NCBI GenBank assembly: GCA_003602515.1
Contig: QQSB01000062.1
Coordinates: 927 to 61,320, forward strand
Direction: 5' to 3'
Length of the DNA stretch: 60,394 nt
Source of the DNA: Candidatus Poseidoniales archaeon
Lineage (GTDB): Archaea > Thermoplasmatota > Poseidoniia > Poseidoniales > Thalassarchaeaceae
Shown here: positions 55,809 to 60,394 of the stretch, piece by piece
Position numbering within the stretch: position 1 is the first letter of the stretch
Layout: each line of letters opens with the position of its first letter
Notes under the pieces: generated by a model
What the model saw: the letters and a program-made list of their open reading frames with translations, nothing else
Databases searched by the model: none
Told to the model about the DNA's origin: nothing
Made by a program: the position numbers and the translations under genes

Positions 55809-58800
55809 ATGGCTGAGCGGCACGCTAAGACTCACTCACGGTACGAGTGGCCGGTCTCGGCGATTATCCTATCCGTCCTGTTCATGGTTCAGGCATTCGC
55901 GCCGGTAGCGGTTTCCGATGCCGGGTTCGATGAAATGACGATCTGCCAAGACTCCCCCTCGACCCTCGGTGGCATTTGTGACGATAGGACCGATGGCAAT
56001 GACGGAACGACTGACGTCACCGACTGGGTCGAAGGCATGTTCCACTTCAACATGACAAGTCCCACTGAGATACAATTCCAAGCATCATGGGCAATCAGGG
56101 AGTGGGACAAGTCAGGAATGGGCCTTTTCAACTCGGCCTCCATGGCCAATGCCCTTCAGTCTGACAACATAATGGCGAACGATGGTCTGCCAGCGGATGT
56201 CCTGAGATCAGCCTTCGACGAAAACACCGACCCTAGTGACGTGAGTTCCCCTACCATTCAGGAGTCGCTGCTATCAGAGATAGACGGTTCGATCTCAAGT
56301 TTCTTGTCGAACTGGGGCGGTTCTTCGACCCCTGATACCACTTGGTCGGACAGGATCTTCATCCCCGATGACTCGGGGTCGATATCTGGAGTGGACTGTG
56401 AGCTAGACCCCTTGCTTGATAGCGATGGGAACGCATTCGAACCGCCGATTTGTATCTCGACCAACGTTAACATCACGCTCCCGATTTCCAGCACCTACGG
56501 ACTCAACGGAGTGAGTGCATCGAATCTTGATACAGCGCTGGAGGGCCTGCTGGTGATGGGTTCTCAGATCACAACTAATTTCGATGTGAGGGTTAATCCG
56601 GGTCACAAGGGGACTTATTCAATCCAACCGCCGTCTTACGCCACGGTCGTTGATGCCGGTGGTTGGGTCGGAGAGGAGATTGATGAGGTCGCAGATGATG
56701 GTTCGACCTACAAATCCGGATTTTGGAGCGTGGATAATCGCGTAAATCCCAGTGGGGTTCTACAAGCCGATTTGGATATGAAGATGGGATACAGGGATAC
56801 CGATGGAACGGATGTCGTGGAGGTAAGCCCATTGGACAAGAGCCTGGATCTCAGAGTCTCGGTGGATCTTTCTGATGAGAGTAACTCGTTCATCGAGGTC
56901 GTCGCAGGAATTTACCAAATCCAGTCCAGCTCCCTGAATAGTTGGGGCGTTCCCCCGCTGATGCCAGCCAATAAGGCCACCATCCCCGTAATCACTTCAG
57001 ATGGAATCCGCATGGCATATCACACGGGTCTGATGGATCTGGAGGACTTGTCAAGCAATATTCCGGTCTCGGGTATCGGGCAGGCCCTTGCTAGCTCCAA
57101 AGAGGGTTTGAACGTAGCAATGGGAGACTTCACCTGGACTTCGGTGACTCAGGCTCCGTTAGATCCTGGTGGGCTAAACCACACCCATGGATTCGGTTGC
57201 TCTAGAGGAGTGTATTACTGCATGGAAGGAGCTGTGGCCATGGATGATAGTTACCCAGTATACATGCGCTCAGTCAGCCACACCTTCCCCCTAAGCCTCG
57301 CAGATCTCCTTGGTGGCAATCTAGGAGACTCAGGCTTCATGAACTCAGTTTCTGGGGATGACCTTGGTAAGCTTCTGAACTCCGGTTTGCAGTTCTCAAC
57401 TGTGCTTAGTGACGATGCGATGGAGTCTTTCGTCGGGGACCTCCTCCCCAATGGCGTAAGTGCGGACCTGACGATGACGATTGTACTCCCCACATGGGCT
57501 ACTACGATGTCGGGAGGGGATTCCATCGTCCTGACATACAGGTCGTCTGGGAACCATGACGGGAGCATAGGAATAACAGGATCCGAGTCCTTCTCATGGG
57601 ATCATGCAATTTGCAAAAATACGGCGAACGAGTTTTGCTTTGACAACACTCCTGACGTGGTTTGCCCTTCGACTTCGAAAAGTTGCGGCTATGTCGAAGT
57701 AGATCTGGACCTAGCAGATGTGTCCTTCGCAAGTCTCCCGGTTACCAAAGGCGTGTCAGTGGAGTTCGCTCTATCCGTTGATCTCACCATCCACAGAATC
57801 GCTGTTCCGGACTCCCTATTCGATTCTCTGAACTCAGGATCTACCAACTTGAATCTTGATGTGCTGCCATCCGATCTCTTGCGGGCCTTGCTCGAAATCG
57901 GGTCAAGGGGCGATCCTCTAGAACTGGAGTTCGCCCTTTGCGACAACGGGAAGAGTTACTGCGAGCAAAGGATGCCCTTTTCTTCTCACAACTCCACAGG
58001 TCTCCCGGCCTATGCAAATAGTCTTGAGAGGGATATCGAGTATCTGATCAGGGATGCTTCGAAGGAGTTGATGGATGAAGAGGGCAACGGAGTCGGGAAT
58101 GTGGATATGTCTGGTCTTTCGGTCGATATCCAATTCCCTTACAGTATGCTCACTGACAGTGATGATTCTATCGATGATGAGAGGGGAATCGTTCTCAGTG
58201 TGGATATCCCGAGTGTCAGGATTACAGCTGGGATGGCCAACTCCTGGTTGGAGATGATCGACATCCTAAGGGGTGGTGAAGGTGATTTGGAGCTCGCAAT
58301 CGAGGCAACGGAACCCGGGAGTGCCCTTGTTGCTCCCTTCCTCTCTCCCATGGTTTCAGCAATGAGTGGCCTTACTGATGCCCTATCCAACAGCATGGTG
58401 AGTGCAGAGGGGGTCAGGACCCCGGATGCTATCTCTATCGATGCCCCGACATCTAAGCTATCGAATATAGGATCCAGCGAGTTGGGACTCAGTTTGTACG
58501 GGTTTGTCACAGTGACGATGCCACTTGGCGTAATGTTGGAGGATCTGTCGTCCAGCAAGGGTAGGTTGACTTCAGACATCGACAATGTTTCGAAGCGGCA
58601 GGTCATCACCTACGAAATAGCACCGGGCATAAATGATGACCGCATGGAGTTCACCGCCCTCCTTTCACCGATGTGGATAATTTCGCAGATTCAGTTTTAC
58701 CTGATTGGGCTGCTTCTTCTCTCACTCTGGAGAGTCAGGAGGAGGATGACGCGAAGGAAGCGGAAGAGGAGAGCCGCGGCACTCGAGGCACTCGAGGAGT

Positions 58801-58904
58801 CAGTCGCATCTCCGATGGGTTATGTGCCCCCTCAACCGACCGTTGAGGTTTTGCAAGTGACTGACAACGGCATCGTGATCAAGAGAAGGCTGGTAGCCAC
58901 TTAG
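55809..58904 (+). CDS. Large secreted, C-terminally anchored protein with three internal repeats
   Basis: Signal peptide; TM helix followed by RRRMTRRKRKRR; repeated xxxDxxR motif. Confidence 0.75.
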   Translation: MAERHAKTHSRYEWPVSAIILSVLFMVQAFAPVAVSDAGFDEMTICQDSPSTLGGICDDRTDGNDGTTDVTDWVEGMFHFNMTSPTEIQFQASWAIREWDKSGMGLFNSASMANALQSDNIMANDGLPADVLRSAFDENTDPSDVSSPTIQESLLSEIDGSISSFLSNWGGSSTPDTTWSDRIFIPDDSGSISGVDCELDPLLDSDGNAFEPPICISTNVNITLPISSTYGLNGVSASNLDTALEGLLVMGSQITTNFDVRVNPGHKGTYSIQPPSYATVVDAGGWVGEEIDEVADDGSTYKSGFWSVDNRVNPSGVLQADLDMKMGYRDTDGTDVVEVSPLDKSLDLRVSVDLSDESNSFIEVVAGIYQIQSSSLNSWGVPPLMPANKATIPVITSDGIRMAYHTGLMDLEDLSSNIPVSGIGQALASSKEGLNVAMGDFTWTSVTQAPLDPGGLNHTHGFGCSRGVYYCMEGAVAMDDSYPVYMRSVSHTFPLSLADLLGGNLGDSGFMNSVSGDDLGKLLNSGLQFSTVLSDDAMESFVGDLLPNGVSADLTMTIVLPTWATTMSGGDSIVLTYRSSGNHDGSIGITGSESFSWDHAICKNTANEFCFDNTPDVVCPSTSKSCGYVEVDLDLADVSFASLPVTKGVSVEFALSVDLTIHRIAVPDSLFDSLNSGSTNLNLDVLPSDLLRALLEIGSRGDPLELEFALCDNGKSYCEQRMPFSSHNSTGLPAYANSLERDIEYLIRDASKELMDEEGNGVGNVDMSGLSVDIQFPYSMLTDSDDSIDDERGIVLSVDIPSVRITAGMANSWLEMIDILRGGEGDLELAIEATEPGSALVAPFLSPMVSAMSGLTDALSNSMVSAEGVRTPDAISIDAPTSKLSNIGSSELGLSLYGFVTVTMPLGVMLEDLSSSKGRLTSDIDNVSKRQVITYEIAPGINDDRMEFTALLSPMWIISQIQFYLIGLLLLSLWRVRRRMTRRKRKRRAAALEALEESVASPMGYVPPQPTVEVLQVTDNGIVIKRRLVAT

Positions 58905-58913
58905 TGAGGTCGC

Positions 58914-60394
58914 ATGAGAGCCTTGCTGATGGTTTTCGTCATGCTCTCCGCGCCTCTAAGCGGATGCTTGGGGAGTAGTGATTCCGAACTGACATCTGAT
59001 GATCTGGAGGTTTTCCCAGGAACGTTAGTCTCGGGTGTTTTCCAGGATGTGACGTTGGAGGCTGGTCAAAGAATGTCTGTCTTCGTCCCCTACCTGGTTA
59101 GGGACCCAATTACTGGTTTCGTTCAGAACTCAACCGTAGTGGACATCGACAAGGGGGATTCCTTCACCCTCGACTTGCTGGCCCCACCTAGGAATTCCCT
59201 GGTCGTGATGCTCTTAGGAGAGCAGGGCAGGGTAAATTGGCCCGTCAGAGCCGCTAACGAATCTTGGGGTTCCTGGTTGGAGAGGGGAGGTCAAGATGGA
59301 GGTGGAAGACTCGCAGTAAGCAGAGCGAGTGCCAATACAACACTGGATGCCCTAAACTCCAGCTACGAGACCGGTGGTCCCGTCTTTGTCAAGACCTTGC
59401 TCTCGGAGAGGGCGTCTTCAGTCCCTGTGGGTGAAGGGGGCGCGCACTCCTCAGGACTAGTCCATGGGAGAGATGTCTACGAGACGCTGTTCGAAATGAC
59501 CGATCCCGCTAACTCGCTTGATCCGGTCGATGGAAAGGCCGGTTACTGGGACAGATGGGCCGGCCAGGGCAATGCCGCATACGAGGATGCGGCTCAGTAC
59601 CTCATTTCCGAGCTTTCATCCTTCGGTCTCGAGGTGATAGCTCATCGTTTCGAGTTCACTGACATCCTAGGCAACCAGAACCCCGAGTCGTACAACGTAT
59701 GCGCCTACAAGCGGGGTAGCGTCTTCACGGACGAATGGCTTGTCTTCGGAGCCCACTTCGACGTAGCGCCACCTGTCAACATGGTCTTGCTCGACCCGCA
59801 TGTGACAGGTCAGAGGACCTATGGCACTCGTGTAGGCGCATATGACAACTCCGCGGGAACTTCCATGGTACTGGAAACCGCTCGAGCTCTCGCCGACTTC
59901 GAGACCAGGAGGACGATGGTTTTCTGCCTCTGGTCCGGTGAAGAGGGGGGGAAGAGAGGATCGGATTACTGGACCGACTACTACGTCAAGGAGGATAACC
60001 CAGATGTCACGGTTACCAACTACATCAATCTCGATATGGCTGGGGTGAACTGGCCCGGTGGAGGGGGTGCGCCCCATGGGGACCCGGACCCCCAGATTGA
60101 CGAGGACGGTTATCCCAAGGACTCCGAGGTGTGGCCCATGCGAGTCTACATCGGACCTGGGCCGAACCACGACAGTCTCGACCAGCCGGGAATGGTGGGG
60201 CTATCCAATTGGATTGGCTCGGATGCATTGGGCCTAGAGGAGCAAATGGGTACACTGGTGGGGGATGGTTACTCGGCAGATACGTGGAAGACGGACGTGT
60301 GGTTAGACATGGACAGGCCCGAGATAATAGTCTACGAGGACACCACTGCGCGAAGCGACCATGCTAGCTTCCAAGACAACCTCGGCACGGTCAC
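58914..60394 (+). CDS. M28 family metallopeptidase lipoprotein (3' end cut by window edge)
   Basis: Manual translation from ATG 58914: MRALLMVFVMLSAPLSGC lipobox, then GAHFD, GAYDNSAG, WSGEEGG..GS, YINLDM, RSDHASF. Confidence 0.9.
   Translation, partial: MRALLMVFVMLSAPLSGCLGSSDSELTSDDLEVFPGTLVSGVFQDVTLEAGQRMSVFVPYLVRDPITGFVQNSTVVDIDKGDSFTLDLLAPPRNSLVVMLLGEQGRVNWPVRAANESWGSWLERGGQDGGGRLAVSRASANTTLDALNSSYETGGPVFVKTLLSERASSVPVGEGGAHSSGLVHGRDVYETLFEMTDPANSLDPVDGKAGYWDRWAGQGNAAYEDAAQYLISELSSFGLEVIAHRFEFTDILGNQNPESYNVCAYKRGSVFTDEWLVFGAHFDVAPPVNMVLLDPHVTGQRTYGTRVGAYDNSAGTSMVLETARALADFETRRTMVFCLWSGEEGGKRGSDYWTDYYVKEDNPDVTVTNYINLDMAGVNWPGGGGAPHGDPDPQIDEDGYPKDSEVWPMRVYIGPGPNHDSLDQPGMVGLSNWIGSDALGLEEQMGTLVGDGYSADTWKTDVWLDMDRPEIIVYEDTTARSDHASFQDNLGTV

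Noticed and set aside
167-60367. Many 60-220 aa antisense or alternate-frame ORFs in the track
   Set aside because: They lie within well-supported genes on the other strand or frame and have Ser/Pro-rich shadow composition

Overview
Gene-dense archaeal chromosomal segment. Markers: eL18/uL13, TFB, topoisomerase VI A/B, Rpo12, split GuaAA, Dph5, Trm5-like, RFC small subunit, two CCA-encoding tRNAs. These occur with bacterial-type NrdJ, Icd, PlsC and RlmH, giant acidic surface proteins and an M28 lipoprotein peptidase, which suggests a marine heterotrophic Thermoplasmatota such as Marine Group II/Poseidoniales (inference). No CRISPR array, integrase, transposase or rRNA was seen. Highlights: (1) a 1756-aa surface protein with an integrin-alpha-like layout (seven propeller-type repeats with a MIDAS/vWA domain inserted in the fourth, an Ig/CARDB stalk and one C-terminal TM helix); (2) an ABC1 kinase-crtI-ABA4-DoxX-Rieske carotenoid-modification operon with no crtB in the window; (3) a hairpin that sequesters the Shine-Dalgarno of B12-dependent nrdJ; (4) a divergent DDAH / phospho-lyase-like PLP enzyme pair; (5) a 2636-aa thrombospondin-3-repeat/DUF4129 protein; (6) a 1031-aa triple-repeat membrane-anchored protein. 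All calls come from reading motifs by eye; no searches were run.
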